From Escherichia coli (lineage in GTDB: Bacteria > Pseudomonadota > Gammaproteobacteria > Enterobacterales > Enterobacteriaceae): a stretch of DNA of 64,000 nucleotides. The stretch lies in the NCBI RefSeq assembly GCF_030384885.1, contig NZ_CP128613.1; one strand, written 5' to 3'. A program made the translations under genes and the position numbers. Positions 1-13,870 of the stretch are shown here, in pieces (position 1 is the first letter of the stretch; every line of letters starts with the position of its first letter). The notes below the pieces were generated by a model, which was given only the letters and a program-made list of their open reading frames with translations, was not told the origin of the DNA and did no database searches.

Positions 1-105
1 CAGGTAGCCAAGTACCGATCCCAGACCAAGACGTACCGCAATGGGTACAATCAGCGCCGCCGAACCGAGATAAATCAGCGCCTGAATCAGCGTATGGCTA
101 TCCAT
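1..105 (-). CDS. kefC: Glutathione-regulated K+ efflux antiporter KefC, N-terminal 35 codons only (gene continues beyond window start)
   Basis: Reverse-strand translation from the ATG at 103-105 gives [35 protein letters not shown], which I recognise as the KefC N-terminus; start overlaps the kefF 3' end as in K-12. Confidence 0.85.
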
Positions 106-628
106 GATGTGCCTCCTGCCATTCCAGCAGACGTTGCTTATAATGACGCGCCTGCCCTTCGAGGGTTTCGTCGTCACAAATAAAGGTACAGTGCATGGCA
201 AACGGTGGCAGCCAGTTCAGCCCGCAGTAGATTGCCGTCGCCTGTAGCGGCTGCGACAGCACATCAAAGCCCGGATGCGCGCCAATCTCAAAATGGCTTT
301 CCCCGCCGCCGGTCGTCACCGCCCACAGCAAATGTTTGCCATGCAGCGCCGTACCGCCGTGACCGTAAGCCCAGCCGTGCGAGAAGACTTTATCGATCCA
401 AAGTTTAAGGAGCGGTGGAATGCTGTACCACTGCATCGGGTGCTGCCAGACGATCAGATCGGCGCGAGACAACGCCTCCTGCTCGGCAGCAATATCGATA
501 TTGAAGTCAGGATAGAGTTGATAAAGAGAGCGAATTTCGACGCCTTCCAGCGTCCTTGCCTGTTCAAGCATCCGTTTATTCGCATGGGAATGATGCGGAT
601 ACGGATGCGCATAAATGATAAGAATCAT
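98..628 (-). CDS. kefF: KefF, flavodoxin-like quinone oxidoreductase and regulator of KefC
   Basis: 176-aa [26 protein letters not shown]... recognised as KefF; 531 bp as in K-12; position upstream of and overlapping kefC. Confidence 0.93.
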
Positions 629-735
629 AATTAGCCTACGTAATTACGCCTTTGTTTTCCCACAAAGTGTAGTCATATATTCACGCGGCTTATAGTCAAT
701 AATATTGATTCAAAAAAGGCAGAAATCTGAATAAA

Positions 736-2067
736 TTACCCCATTCGTTGCCTGCGAATCGTCATATTGCTGGTCTGGGCCAGCGACATCCCCCGTGTCT
801 CTGGCGCAAACGCAATGGAAATCAACAAACCAAACAGCGAGATACCTGCTCCCATCAGCATCGTGTTACTGATGCCGTAATTATTGATAAAGATCGGCAG
901 CGCCCAGGTTGAAACAATGGTGCCAATACGGCTTAAGGACATAATAACGCCCACAGCAGAGGCGCGAATATCCGTCGGGAAGAGTTCATTAGGATAGAGC
1001 CACTGCAAATTACCCGGCCCACCAGAGAAAAAGGCATACACCGCAAATGCCATCACTACCAGCCAGATCCCCATATCCGGGATCAGCCCCAAAACCGCCA
1101 ACGCCAGCGTCATCATGGCAAAGCTGCCAATCAACAACGGACGCCGTCCGGCAGTGTTTAGCCACAGCATCGGCGGAATACAGCCGAGCATAAAGAACAG
1201 GCTAATCACCACGTTCCCCAGTGCCGCGTTTTTGCCAACGCCCAATCCCAGCAGACCAACGATTTGCGGGCCAAAGGTGTAAATAGCGAACATCGGGATC
1301 ACCTGGCAGGTCCAGATGGCGGCAACAAACAGAACAAAAGGAAAATGGCGGCGATTAAACAGATCGCGAAAACGGGTTTGCTGCGGCTGCTCTTCGTCGA
1401 AAGCCACCGGCTCACCAAACAGTTTGATCATCATCTCTTCGCACTCTTTCACTCGCCCTTTGCGTAATAACCAGCGGGGAGATTCTGGCAGTTCGAATCG
1501 ACCAATCAAAATCAACAAACAGGGGATCGCCGCGCTACCCAGCATCCAGCGCCAGCCGCCTTCCACATCATAAAGCCAGTAGCCGACCAGATCGGCACAG
1601 GTCGCGCCGACATACCACATAGCGGCGATAAAGCTGATGGAAAACGCCCGCTGACGGGTGCTGGAGAACTCGGTGATCATCGAAGTCGCGATGGGATAAT
1701 CCGCACCGATGACAATGCCGATGAGTACCCGCATCACCAGTAGTTCGATGGGGGATGAGACAAACATCGTTGCTACCGATATCACACCGATGGCGATGAT
1801 ATCAATGAGGAACATTTTGCGCCGTCCGACTTTATCGGAGATATAGCCAAACAGCGATGTGCCAACGAACAGCCCGGCGAGCGTTCCCGCGCCCAGCAAG
1901 CCAATCCAGTCAGCGTCCAGTTTCAGCGCCGGAGTCAGTTGCTCCAGCGCCACGCCAATCATTACCAGTACATAACCATCCAGAAACGGACCACCGCTTC
2001 CCCACAGCAAAATGCGGCGGTGAATAGAAGAGAATTTAAGATCGTCAAAGTTTCTGGACGGTTGCAT
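736..2067 (-). CDS. yaaU: MFS-family transporter YaaU
   Basis: 443-aa ORF with multiple hydrophobic segments; length and position between kefF and fixX match yaaU. Confidence 0.88.
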   Translation of the reverse strand: MQPSRNFDDLKFSSIHRRILLWGSGGPFLDGYVLVMIGVALEQLTPALKLDADWIGLLGAGTLAGLFVGTSLFGYISDKVGRRKMFLIDIIAIGVISVATMFVSSPIELLVMRVLIGIVIGADYPIATSMITEFSSTRQRAFSISFIAAMWYVGATCADLVGYWLYDVEGGWRWMLGSAAIPCLLILIGRFELPESPRWLLRKGRVKECEEMMIKLFGEPVAFDEEQPQQTRFRDLFNRRHFPFVLFVAAIWTCQVIPMFAIYTFGPQIVGLLGLGVGKNAALGNVVISLFFMLGCIPPMLWLNTAGRRPLLIGSFAMMTLALAVLGLIPDMGIWLVVMAFAVYAFFSGGPGNLQWLYPNELFPTDIRASAVGVIMSLSRIGTIVSTWALPIFINNYGISNTMLMGAGISLFGLLISIAFAPETRGMSLAQTSNMTIRRQRMG

Positions 2068-2126
2068 GGGTTATTCCTGTTTTTTTTGCAATGAGAGTCA
2101 GTACGGCGTTACGTATCAAACCAACA

Positions 2127-2414
2127 TCAGCCGTAACGAAACTCCACACCAAAGGTGCCGCGCGGGTATTCCCACTGTTCCAGCGCCGACCCCAGCCCCA
2201 GAATTCGGCAGGTACCACACTCCAGACATCCGGCGTAATCGAAACGCACGCTGCCGTCATCCTGCTTCTTATACAGACCTGCGGGGCACGCTTTCACCAG
2301 CAGCTCCAGCGCCTGTTTATCCGCATCGGCCTTTACAACAATGTGCGGATGCTCTTCATCGACATTGAATTTATTGACGCCCAGTTTGACGTCCACATTG
2401 ACGGGAGAAGTCAT
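2127..2414 (-). CDS. fixX: Ferredoxin-like protein FixX
   Basis: 95-aa ORF with Cys cluster (CPAGLY...CLECGTC); overlaps fixC stop; 288 bp as in K-12. Confidence 0.9.
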   Translation of the reverse strand: MTSPVNVDVKLGVNKFNVDEEHPHIVVKADADKQALELLVKACPAGLYKKQDDGSVRFDYAGCLECGTCRILGLGSALEQWEYPRGTFGVEFRYG

Positions 2415-3697
2415 AAAACGGTCACTCCTTTCATGCCATCCTTGATCAGATTGATGAAGCCCACTTTCTTGCCGTGGCGGAGGATTTTCTTGCGCATCAG
2501 TTCCGGCGCGCTGCCGTCAATGGTGAACAGGTCACGCGCCACGCCCACCGCCAGTTCCGGGTAGCCGCTAAACATGCGTGGGTTATCAAGGAACGCCGGT
2601 AGTTTCTGGTACATGCGCATATCGCGCAGTGGGCCACTCTCCAGATGCTGACGATATTCCGTCAGTTTTTGCTTACTGAAATCGTCGCTTTTCATCGCTG
2701 AAAGCACGGTTTTTGCAGCAGCTTCCCCGGCGGCAATCGCCAGATCCATACCGCGAATGGTAAAACCGAGGTTCATACACATTCCGGCGGCATCACCGGC
2801 AATCAGTACGCCGTCACCGACCAGCTCCGGCAGCATGTTGATGCCTGCTTCCGGCACTACGTGAGCGGAATATTCCACCAGCTTGCCGCCTGCGATCAGC
2901 GGTGCAACGGCCGGATGTTGTTTGAAATCTTCCAGCATTTGCGGCACCGATTTTTTCGCGTCATGCAGATGATGGAGACCGCAAACCAGCCCCAGCGACA
3001 GGGTATTTTCATTGGTATAAAGGAAGCCGCCGCCCATCAGGCCATCAGTAGGTGATCCCGCAAACAGGCAAGCCGCGCCCTGATTACCCTGCAACTGAAA
3101 ACGGTCTTCGATAACCGACTTCGGTAATTCGATCAGTTCCTTCACGCCAACCGCCACATCCGTCGGTTTGACGCGTTTTGCCATCCCCAGCTTTTCGGCA
3201 AGGATGGAATTCACCCCGTCAGCAAGGATCACCGTTTTCGCTTCAATCACATCGCCATCGGCTTCTACGCCGACAACTTTGCCATCGCGCTGTACGAGGT
3301 TATCGACGCGGATCCCGGTAATTAACTGCGCGCCCGCCTCTTCGGCCTGCTCCATCAACCAGGCATCAAATTTACTGCGCAAAACGGAGTAAGAACGCTG
3401 GGATGGCGAGGTTTCGTCGCCATTGCAGTAGTCCATAGTCATCGCTGACTTTTCCGTCATAAACGCGAGTTTTTCATGGGTGATCAGGCGTTCTACGGGG
3501 GCGGATTCGGCGAAACCAGGAATAATGTGTTCCAGACTGTGGGCATAGAGACGCCCGCCGGTGACGTTCTTGGCACCTGCGGAATTGCCACGCTCGATAA
3601 CTAACACTTGCGCCCCTTCGCGGGCGAGCACCAGTGCGGCAACCGAACCGGCAAGCCCTGCACCGACGATGATGGCGTCAAAGATATCTTCGGACAT
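2411..3697 (-). CDS. fixC: FAD-dependent oxidoreductase FixC (electron-transfer flavoprotein-quinone oxidoreductase-like)
   Basis: 428-aa ORF with N-terminal dinucleotide-binding motif DAIIVGAGLAGS; synteny fixABCX. Confidence 0.92.
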   Translation of the reverse strand: MSEDIFDAIIVGAGLAGSVAALVLAREGAQVLVIERGNSAGAKNVTGGRLYAHSLEHIIPGFAESAPVERLITHEKLAFMTEKSAMTMDYCNGDETSPSQRSYSVLRSKFDAWLMEQAEEAGAQLITGIRVDNLVQRDGKVVGVEADGDVIEAKTVILADGVNSILAEKLGMAKRVKPTDVAVGVKELIELPKSVIEDRFQLQGNQGAACLFAGSPTDGLMGGGFLYTNENTLSLGLVCGLHHLHDAKKSVPQMLEDFKQHPAVAPLIAGGKLVEYSAHVVPEAGINMLPELVGDGVLIAGDAAGMCMNLGFTIRGMDLAIAAGEAAAKTVLSAMKSDDFSKQKLTEYRQHLESGPLRDMRMYQKLPAFLDNPRMFSGYPELAVGVARDLFTIDGSAPELMRKKILRHGKKVGFINLIKDGMKGVTVL

Positions 3698-3747
3698 AAG
3701 AGCTCCCTGTCAGCGGCAGGGCCGAAATGCAGCCCTGCCAGAGTGGA

Positions 3748-4689
3748 TCAACGCGCTAAAGCGGCGGTCAGCGCCGGAAGGATCTTCACGGCGTCACCAA
3801 CAATGCCGTAATCCGCGAACTGGAAGATCGGCGCATTTTTATCTTTGTTGATGGCGAAAATAGTTTGCGACGCGTTAGCGCCAACCATGTGCTGGATCTG
3901 CCCGGAGATCCCCACCGCCAGGTACAATTCAGGTTTCAGCATCAGGTTGGAGATACCGACATAGCGTTCGTGCTCCATCCATTTTTCGTTTTCCGCCACC
4001 GGACGAGAACAGGCCAGCTCCGCACCTATCGCCTTGCAAAGCTGTTCTGCCAGCGCAATGTTCTCTTTGCTGCCAATGCCGCGACCGACGCTGACCACCA
4101 GACGGGCTTTATCCAGATCGACGCTGTTGCTCTGGCGCGCCTGCGTTGCCGTGCGGGTAATCGCCACCGCCGGAGCCTGCCACGCCACGGTGTGTGTTTC
4201 GCCAGTACGTGACGCGTCTGGCTGAGCCGCATCAAACGTGCCGCTGCTGATGGTCAGTACCGCATACGGCGTGGCAATGCGTTCTTCGCCAATCGCCAGA
4301 CCGCCGTAAACCATGTGTTTCACTGTCGCTTTACCGTCCTGCACGCTAACGGCGCTGGCATCGTTCGAAACCGCCGCTTTAAGGCGGTAACCCAGTTTTG
4401 CCGCCAGTAATTTGCCGCGACGGGTATTCGGCAACAGCACCAGACCGTCTGCGCCGTGCTGGCGAATAGTGTCAGCCATGACACCGGCGTAATCTTCGAT
4501 CATCCGATCGTCCGGTTTGCCGCTTAATGTCCAGACATGATTAGCACCAAGCTGGATTGCCAGTGCGCCGTCGGCATCATTGAGGACAAAGGTGTTGATT
4601 TGATTAGCTAAAGCCTGCGCACCGTTCATCAGTTCCGGCAGACGAGAAGGGGTATCGCTGAATACCCAGACTTGAGAAAACGTGTTCAT
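3748..4689 (-). CDS. fixB: Electron transfer flavoprotein alpha-subunit homolog FixB
   Basis: 313-aa ORF, ETF-alpha-like; synteny. Confidence 0.92.
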   Translation of the reverse strand: MNTFSQVWVFSDTPSRLPELMNGAQALANQINTFVLNDADGALAIQLGANHVWTLSGKPDDRMIEDYAGVMADTIRQHGADGLVLLPNTRRGKLLAAKLGYRLKAAVSNDASAVSVQDGKATVKHMVYGGLAIGEERIATPYAVLTISSGTFDAAQPDASRTGETHTVAWQAPAVAITRTATQARQSNSVDLDKARLVVSVGRGIGSKENIALAEQLCKAIGAELACSRPVAENEKWMEHERYVGISNLMLKPELYLAVGISGQIQHMVGANASQTIFAINKDKNAPIFQFADYGIVGDAVKILPALTAALAR

Positions 4690-4703
4690 AGCATCCCCTG
4701 TAA

Positions 4704-5474
4704 TTAAATGACTTTGCGAAGATTTTCAGCAAATGCGGCGATCTGTTCTTCGCCGTCGCCTTCAATCACAATGCGCTGACGCTCGCGCTGTTTCGGTGCG
4801 GCAACCTGTTGTTCAGACCAGGCTTCCATGGCGTTAAAGCCAATGTCCGCCGCCGACCATACCTGGACTGGCTTTTTCGCCGCGCCGAGAATGGCTTTCA
4901 TCGAAGGAATTTGTGGGGAATTGATATCAGTGGAAACAGCAACAACCGCAGGCAGCGGAATGCTTAAGGTTTCTGTTTCATCTTCCAGTTCGCGCTCAAC
5001 GGTGAGGGTATCTGCCGTCAGGGAGATAATTTTGCTGACGCCGTTAACTGCCGGAATATTGAGGATTTCGCCCACCAGCAAACCAACCTGCTGGGCATAA
5101 AGGTCGGAAGAACCATCGCCACAAAGGATCAAATCAAAGCCTGCTTTCTGGGCGGCAGCAGCCAGTGCGGTCGCCGTTTGTTGCGGCAGTGCCTGCTCGA
5201 ACTGGTCATCAATCACCACAATCAGTTCATCCGGGCCGCGCGATAGCACATCTTTACGCCCTTTGGCGTTGGTCAGGGCTTTACCGCCCACACTTAAGGC
5301 TGTCACCTGCGCCTCTGCTGTCTGTTGCTTTAGCTGGCAAGCCGCTTCAATAGCGTTGAGATCGTATTGGCTTATTTTGGCATCGGCTTTACTGAAGTCT
5401 AACGAACCATCAGCATTATTGACCGCAATATCCTGTTCATCAGGCACGCACTTATAGCAAGTAATAATCTTCAT
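4704..5474 (-). CDS. fixA: Electron transfer flavoprotein beta-subunit homolog FixA
   Basis: ORF-track ORF extends to 5537, but the start I recall for FixA ([15 protein letters not shown]...) is the ATG at 5472-5474, giving 771 bp. Confidence 0.9.
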   Translation of the reverse strand: MKIITCYKCVPDEQDIAVNNADGSLDFSKADAKISQYDLNAIEAACQLKQQTAEAQVTALSVGGKALTNAKGRKDVLSRGPDELIVVIDDQFEQALPQQTATALAAAAQKAGFDLILCGDGSSDLYAQQVGLLVGEILNIPAVNGVSKIISLTADTLTVERELEDETETLSIPLPAVVAVSTDINSPQIPSMKAILGAAKKPVQVWSAADIGFNAMEAWSEQQVAAPKQRERQRIVIEGDGEEQIAAFAENLRKVI

Positions 5475-5559
5475 TGCATCTCCAGAAATCATGAAGGAAA
5501 CGTCGTTCATATCGGTGGTGTTAATTACAGATATCACGCCCTTTAATTTGGAAATAAAA

Positions 5560-5700
5560 CTTTAATCACCAATATTGAAAATATCACACGCAGATAAATC
5601 CAACTTTCAATATTGTTAAGCTCCTCACCAATATTGAAAACATGGCGTAGCAAAAAAGAAATTTTCAATATTGTTTTATGGATCACCAATATTGAAAGTC
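5560..5700. promoter_or_regulatory. cai/fix divergent control region with five copies of a palindromic CAATATTG core (likely CaiF/CRP-type activator sites)
   Basis: Cores at 5570-5577, 5608-5615, 5629-5636, 5666-5673 and 5687-5694 with alternating flanks ACCAATATTGAAA / TTTCAATATTGTT; lies between divergently transcribed fixA and caiT. Confidence 0.6.
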
Positions 5701-5944
5701 AGATGCTATTTTTTCACTCACAATCAAACACATCATATTGATTAATAATGAATATTTTCACAAAGACATCCTGTTTTTACCCGATAAAAAACTGTGATTC
5801 TCATCACAGAACGCAACCCACTGAATACCCATTATGAGTTAGCCATTAACGCGTCCACGAGGTTAATGATAATTATATTAAATGTTAACAAAAATAAAAC
5901 AAACGGGAACGCAAAATAAATATTCGTTTTCACAGTGGAATTAA

Positions 5945-7462
<1,518 letters not shown>

Positions 7463-7492
7463 TTAACCCACAAAATATCAAGAGGTTGAAAG

Positions 7493-8635
7493 ATGGATTT
7501 TAATTTAAATGATGAGCAGGAACTGTTTGTCGCCGGTATCCGCGAACTGATGGCCAGCGAAAACTGGGAGGCCTATTTTGCCGAGTGCGACCGTGACAGC
7601 GTCTACCCGGAACGTTTTGTCAAAGCACTGGCAGATATGGGTATCGACAGCCTGCTTATCCCGGAAGAGCACGGCGGGCTGGACGCAGGTTTTGTCACCC
7701 TCGCCGCCGTGTGGATGGAATTGGGTCGTTTGGGGGCACCAACCTACGTGCTGTACCAGTTGCCGGGTGGATTCAACACCTTCCTGCGCGAAGGCACACA
7801 AGAGCAGATCGACAAGATTATGGCGTTTCGTGGTACTGGTAAGCAGATGTGGAACTCAGCGATTACCGAACCAGGGGCTGGCTCTGACGTGGGTAGCCTG
7901 AAAACGACTTATACCCGTAGAAATGGTAAGATTTATCTTAATGGTAGTAAGTGTTTTATTACCAGCAGCGCCTACACCCCGTACATCGTGGTGATGGCGC
8001 GTGACGGGGCTTCTCCGGACAAACCTGTCTACACCGAATGGTTTGTTGATATGAGCAAACCGGGCATCAAAGTGACCAAACTAGAGAAGCTCGGTCTGCG
8101 TATGGATAGCTGCTGTGAAATCACCTTTGACGATGTGGAACTGGACGAGAAAGACATGTTCGGTCGGGAAGGTAACGGCTTTAACCGCGTCAAAGAAGAG
8201 TTCGATCATGAACGTTTCCTGGTAGCTCTCACCAACTACGGTACGGCGATGTGCGCCTTTGAAGATGCGGCGCGCTACGCCAACCAGCGCGTGCAGTTTG
8301 GCGAGGCTATTGGTCGTTTCCAGTTGATTCAGGAAAAATTCGCCCACATGGCGATCAAATTAAACTCCATGAAAAACATGCTGTATGAAGCAGCGTGGAA
8401 AGCAGACAACGGCACCATCACCTCTGGCGATGCAGCGATGTGCAAATACTTCTGCGCCAATGCGGCATTTGAAGTGGTGGATAGCGCAATGCAGGTGCTG
8501 GGCGGTGTTGGGATTGCGGGCAACCACCGCATCAGCCGCTTCTGGCGTGACCTGCGTGTAGACCGCGTTTCCGGAGGATCTGACGAAATGCAGATCCTGA
8601 CGCTGGGTCGTGCGGTGCTGAAACAATACCGCTAA
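7493..8635 (+). CDS. caiA: Crotonobetainyl-CoA reductase CaiA (acyl-CoA dehydrogenase family)
   Basis: 380-aa ORF; acyl-CoA dehydrogenase-like sequence; synteny. Confidence 0.93.
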
Positions 8636-8647
8636 GTCCGTGCGCTG

Positions 8648-8735
8648 CCTGATGCGACGCTACCGCGTCTTATCAGGCCTACGGGAGCACGAATGTAGGC
8701 CTGATAAGGCGTTTACGCCGCATCCGGCAGTCATG
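8648..8735. repeat. REP/BIME-type extragenic palindromic repeats
   Basis: GCCTGATGCGACGC...CTTATCAGGCCTAC and CCGGATGCGGCG-type palindromic units in the caiA-caiB intergenic space. Confidence 0.75.
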
Positions 8736-8745
8736 CGCTACATAA

Positions 8746-9981
<1,236 letters not shown>

Positions 9982-10054
9982 ACGCGTGGCGTCAGTCAGC
10001 TTGCCTGACTAGCGCCCGCCCAATAACAAACGAACAAAAATGGATAGAGGTGCA

Positions 10055-11608
10055 ATGGATATCATTGGCGGACAACATCTACGTCAAATGTGGGACGATC
10101 TGGCGGACGTTTACGGTCATAAAACGGCGCTGATTTGTGAATCCAGCGGCGGAGTCGTTAACCGGTATAGTTATCTTGAGTTAAATCAGGAGATTAACCG
10201 CACGGCAAACCTGTTTTATACGCTGGGGATTCGCAAAGGCGACAAGGTTGCTCTACATCTCGACAACTGCCCGGAATTTATCTTTTGCTGGTTCGGGCTG
10301 GTAAAAATTGGCGCAATTATGGTGCCGATTAACGCCCGCCTGTTGCGCGAAGAAAGCGCGTGGATCCTGCAAAATAGCCAGGCGTGCCTGCTGGTGACCA
10401 GTGCGCAGTTCTATCCCATGTATCAACAGATTCAGCAGGAAGATGCCACGCAACTGCGGCACATTTGCCTGACAGATGTGGAGCTTCCCGCTGATGATGG
10501 CGTGAGTTCGTTTACTCAACTGAAAAATCAACAACCTGCCACCTTGTGCTATGCACCGCCGCTATCGACTGACGATACGGCGGAAATTCTCTTTACCTCC
10601 GGTACCACTTCCCGGCCGAAAGGGGTGGTGATTACCCATTACAACCTGCGCTTCGCCGGATATTACTCCGCCTGGCAATGTGCACTGCGTGACGATGACG
10701 TCTACCTGACGGTAATGCCTGCATTTCATATCGATTGCCAGTGTACTGCGGCGATGGCGGCATTTTCTGCCGGAGCCACCTTTGTGCTGGTCGAGAAATA
10801 CAGCGCCCGCGCCTTCTGGGGACAGGTACAAAAGTACCGCGCCACCGTTACCGAATGCATTCCGATGATGATCCGTACCTTGATGGTGCAGCCGCCTTCT
10901 GTGAACGATCGGCAACACCATCTGCGGGAAGTGATGTTTTATCTCAACCTGTCGGAGCAGGAAAAGGACGCATTTTGTGAACGCTTTGGCGTCCGCTTGC
11001 TGACGTCTTATGGGATGACGGAAACCATTGTTGGCATTATCGGCGATCGCCCCGGCGATAAACGACGCTGGCCGTCAATTGGCCGTGCAGGATTTTGCTA
11101 CGAAGCGGAGATCCGCGACGATCACAACCGTCCGCTCCCGGCTGGTGAAATCGGTGAAATCTGCATTAAAGGCGTACCAGGGAAAACCATCTTCAAAGAA
11201 TATTTTCTTAACCCGCAAGCCACTGCCAGAGTCCTGGAAGCCGATGGCTGGCTGCACACTGGCGATACCGGATACCGCGACGAAGAGGGCTTTTTTTATT
11301 TCGTCGATCGCCGCTGCAATATGATTAAACGCGGTGGCGAGAATGTCTCCTGCGTGGAGCTGGAAAATATTATCGCCGCACATCCAAAAATTCAGGATAT
11401 CGTGGTTGTGGGTATTAAAGATTCGATTCGCGATGAAGCCATCAAAGCATTTGTGGTGCTGAATGAAGGTGAAACATTGAGCGAAGAGGAATTTTTCCGC
11501 TTCTGCGAACAAAATATGGCGAAATTTAAAGTGCCCTCTTATCTGGAGATCAGAAAAGATCTGCCACGTAATTGCTCGGGGAAAATAATCAGAAAGAATC
11601 TGAAATAA
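10055..11608 (+). CDS. caiC: Crotonobetaine/carnitine-CoA ligase CaiC
   Basis: Adenylate-forming enzyme motifs ([10 protein letters not shown]); ORF-track start is 10040, but the ATG at 10055 (MDIIGGQHL...) gives the 1554-bp length I recall for caiC. Confidence 0.88.
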   Translation: MDIIGGQHLRQMWDDLADVYGHKTALICESSGGVVNRYSYLELNQEINRTANLFYTLGIRKGDKVALHLDNCPEFIFCWFGLVKIGAIMVPINARLLREESAWILQNSQACLLVTSAQFYPMYQQIQQEDATQLRHICLTDVELPADDGVSSFTQLKNQQPATLCYAPPLSTDDTAEILFTSGTTSRPKGVVITHYNLRFAGYYSAWQCALRDDDVYLTVMPAFHIDCQCTAAMAAFSAGATFVLVEKYSARAFWGQVQKYRATVTECIPMMIRTLMVQPPSVNDRQHHLREVMFYLNLSEQEKDAFCERFGVRLLTSYGMTETIVGIIGDRPGDKRRWPSIGRAGFCYEAEIRDDHNRPLPAGEIGEICIKGVPGKTIFKEYFLNPQATARVLEADGWLHTGDTGYRDEEGFFYFVDRRCNMIKRGGENVSCVELENIIAAHPKIQDIVVVGIKDSIRDEAIKAFVVLNEGETLSEEEFFRFCEQNMAKFKVPSYLEIRKDLPRNCSGKIIRKNLK

Positions 11609-11716
11609 ATGAAACGGCAGGGAACTACCCTGCCCGCTAATAATCACGTTCTAAAACAATATGCATTTTTTGCAGGGATGTTGTCGTCCCTGAAAAAGCA
11701 AAAATGGAGAAAAGGA

Positions 11717-12502
11717 ATGAGTGAATCATTACATCTGACCCGCAATGGATCAATTCTGGAAATTACCCTTGATCGCCCAAAAGCGAATGCTATTGATGCA
11801 AAAACCAGCTTTGAAATGGGCGAAGTATTTCTAAATTTCCGTGACGATCCGCAATTACGTGTCGCCATTATTACCGGTGCCGGAGAGAAATTCTTTTCCG
11901 CAGGCTGGGATTTAAAGGCGGCAGCAGAAGGCGAAGCACCTGATGCTGGCTTTGGCCCGGGTGGTTTTGCGGGATTAACCGAAATTTTCAATCTCGACAA
12001 ACCGGTTATCGCAGCTGTGAACGGCTACGCCTTTGGCGGCGGCTTTGAACTGGCACTGGCGGCAGATTTTATTGTCTGTGCCGATAACGCCAGCTTCGCC
12101 CTGCCGGAAGCCAAACTGGGCATCGTTCCTGACAGCGGCGGTGTGCTGCGTCTGCCGAAGATCCTGCCGCCTGCTATCGTCAATGAAATGGTGATGACCG
12201 GCAGAAGAATGAGCGCAGAAGAGGCGCTGCGTTGGGGGGTAGTCAACCGCGTGGTTAGCCAGGCGGAACTGATGGATAACGCCCGCGAACTGGCACAGCA
12301 ACTTGTTGACAGCGCCCCACTGGCGATCGCAGCGCTGAAAGAGATCTACCGCACCACCAGCGAAATGCCAGTAGAAGAAGCGTATCGCTATATTCGCAGC
12401 GGCGTGTTGAAACACTATCCATCGGTTCTGCATTCGGAAGATGCCATTGAAGGGCCACTGGCGTTTGCCGAGAAGCGCGATCCGGTGTGGAAAGGACGTT
12501 AA
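11717..12502 (+). CDS. caiD: Carnitinyl-CoA dehydratase CaiD (enoyl-CoA hydratase family)
   Basis: Start chosen at ATG 11717 ([27 protein letters not shown]...), preceded by AAAGGAA ribosome-binding site; ORF-track ORF begins earlier at 11609. Confidence 0.9.
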   Translation: MSESLHLTRNGSILEITLDRPKANAIDAKTSFEMGEVFLNFRDDPQLRVAIITGAGEKFFSAGWDLKAAAEGEAPDAGFGPGGFAGLTEIFNLDKPVIAAVNGYAFGGGFELALAADFIVCADNASFALPEAKLGIVPDSGGVLRLPKILPPAIVNEMVMTGRRMSAEEALRWGVVNRVVSQAELMDNARELAQQLVDSAPLAIAALKEIYRTTSEMPVEEAYRYIRSGVLKHYPSVLHSEDAIEGPLAFAEKRDPVWKGR

Positions 12503-12507
12503 CAACC

Positions 12508-13098
12508 GTGAGTTATTACGCCTTTGAGGGGTTAATTCCGGTGGTTCACCCGACGGCGTTTGTCCATCCCAGTGCAGTATTGATTGGCGATGTGATTGTG
12601 GGAGCCGGTGTCTACATCGGCCCACTCGCCTCACTGCGTGGTGATTACGGGCAGTTGATCGTGCAAGCGGGAGCCAATATTCAGGATGGCTGCATTATGC
12701 ATGGCTACTGCGACACTGACACCATCGTTGGGGAAAACGGCCATATCGGGCACGGAGCAATCCTACATGGTTGTGTGATTGGTCGCGATGCATTGGTCGG
12801 GATGAACAGCGTGATTATGGATGGCGCGGTCATTGGCGAAGAGAGCATTGTTGCCGCTATGAGCTTTGTCAAAGCGGGCTTTCGCGGCGAGAAACGCCAG
12901 TTGTTGATGGGCACGCCTGCCCGCGCTGTACGCAGTGTTAGTGACGACGAGTTACACTGGAAGCAGTTGAATACCAAAGAGTATCAGGATCTTGTCGGCC
13001 GCTGCCATGTAGCGTTACATGAAACGCAGCCGTTGAGACAAATGGAGGAAAATCGTCCCCGTTTGCAGGGGACGACGGATGTGGCGCCAAAGCAGTGA
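12508..13098 (+). CDS. caiE: Carnitine operon protein CaiE (hexapeptide-repeat / gamma-carbonic-anhydrase-like)
   Basis: Start at GTG 12508 (…[17 protein letters not shown]…) gives 591 bp; hexapeptide-repeat-like sequence; synteny. Confidence 0.85.
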   Translation: MSYYAFEGLIPVVHPTAFVHPSAVLIGDVIVGAGVYIGPLASLRGDYGQLIVQAGANIQDGCIMHGYCDTDTIVGENGHIGHGAILHGCVIGRDALVGMNSVIMDGAVIGEESIVAAMSFVKAGFRGEKRQLLMGTPARAVRSVSDDELHWKQLNTKEYQDLVGRCHVALHETQPLRQMEENRPRLQGTTDVAPKQ

Positions 13099-13102
13099 CA
13101 TC

Positions 13103-13187
13103 GTCGGATGCGGCGTAAACACCTTATCCGACCTGACTGGAGAGCAACCGTAGGCCAGATAAGATGCCAGCATCGCATCCGGCAACC
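13103..13187. repeat. REP/BIME-type extragenic palindromic repeats
   Basis: CGGATGCGGCGTAAACACCTTATCCG and GCCAGCATCGCATCCGGCA palindromic units between convergent caiE and caiF. Confidence 0.7.
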
Positions 13188-13214
13188 AGACCGCACGGTA
13201 TCAACGAAATTAAA

Positions 13215-13610
13215 TTAACGACGCATACTCTTCGACAACATCATTTGCCACTTCTGCTCGCGGTTAAGTTCCGTGAGTGGAACGGCAGGAATACGCGGTG
13301 TCTTTCTTACGCCGACTAATTTTTCCCGACTGTTATTGCGCAGGCGCGCGTAAATTTGCTCATCGATATCGACCACTTTAACCAGTCGCTGACACTGGCA
13401 TCCCCGCCCTTCCAGCTTATTAGGGATCATCTTAACTTCGCAGCTTATTTCTGTGACTTCCGACAGAATATAAGTCAGGGTATTAACCGCCTTGCTGTGT
13501 TCAATATCGAAATGAATAGAGATCTCTCTTGCTATCACCCACCGATTTTCAGCCATCATCCATTCGGCGATTAACAAGTAGCGTGGTTTTTCAACATATC
13601 CTTCACACAT
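13215..13610 (-). CDS. caiF: Transcriptional activator CaiF of the cai and fix operons
   Basis: Start I recall for CaiF (MCEGYVEKP...) is the ATG at 13608-13610, 396 bp; ORF-track ORF extends upstream to 13715. Confidence 0.88.
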   Translation of the reverse strand: MCEGYVEKPRYLLIAEWMMAENRWVIAREISIHFDIEHSKAVNTLTYILSEVTEISCEVKMIPNKLEGRGCQCQRLVKVVDIDEQIYARLRNNSREKLVGVRKTPRIPAVPLTELNREQKWQMMLSKSMRR

Positions 13611-13870
13611 ACGAACTCCAGTTTCACAAATTAAAAGTCTGGCTATGACTCGTTTTGAAGCAATTAAACAAGGCCATATTAAAATTGTGGATATATCGAT
13701 AGTATGCAACTTCACCGTCGATAAGTGTGAGCTAAATCCTGCTTATGTCATCAAAAATATCGATTCCCCAAAAGATTTACTTAATGGGCAAAAAAAACGG
13801 TCCTCATCAGAGAACCGTATTAGTTATTCGATCAAATTAGCGGATGAAAAATATCCGCCATGACACGCTA

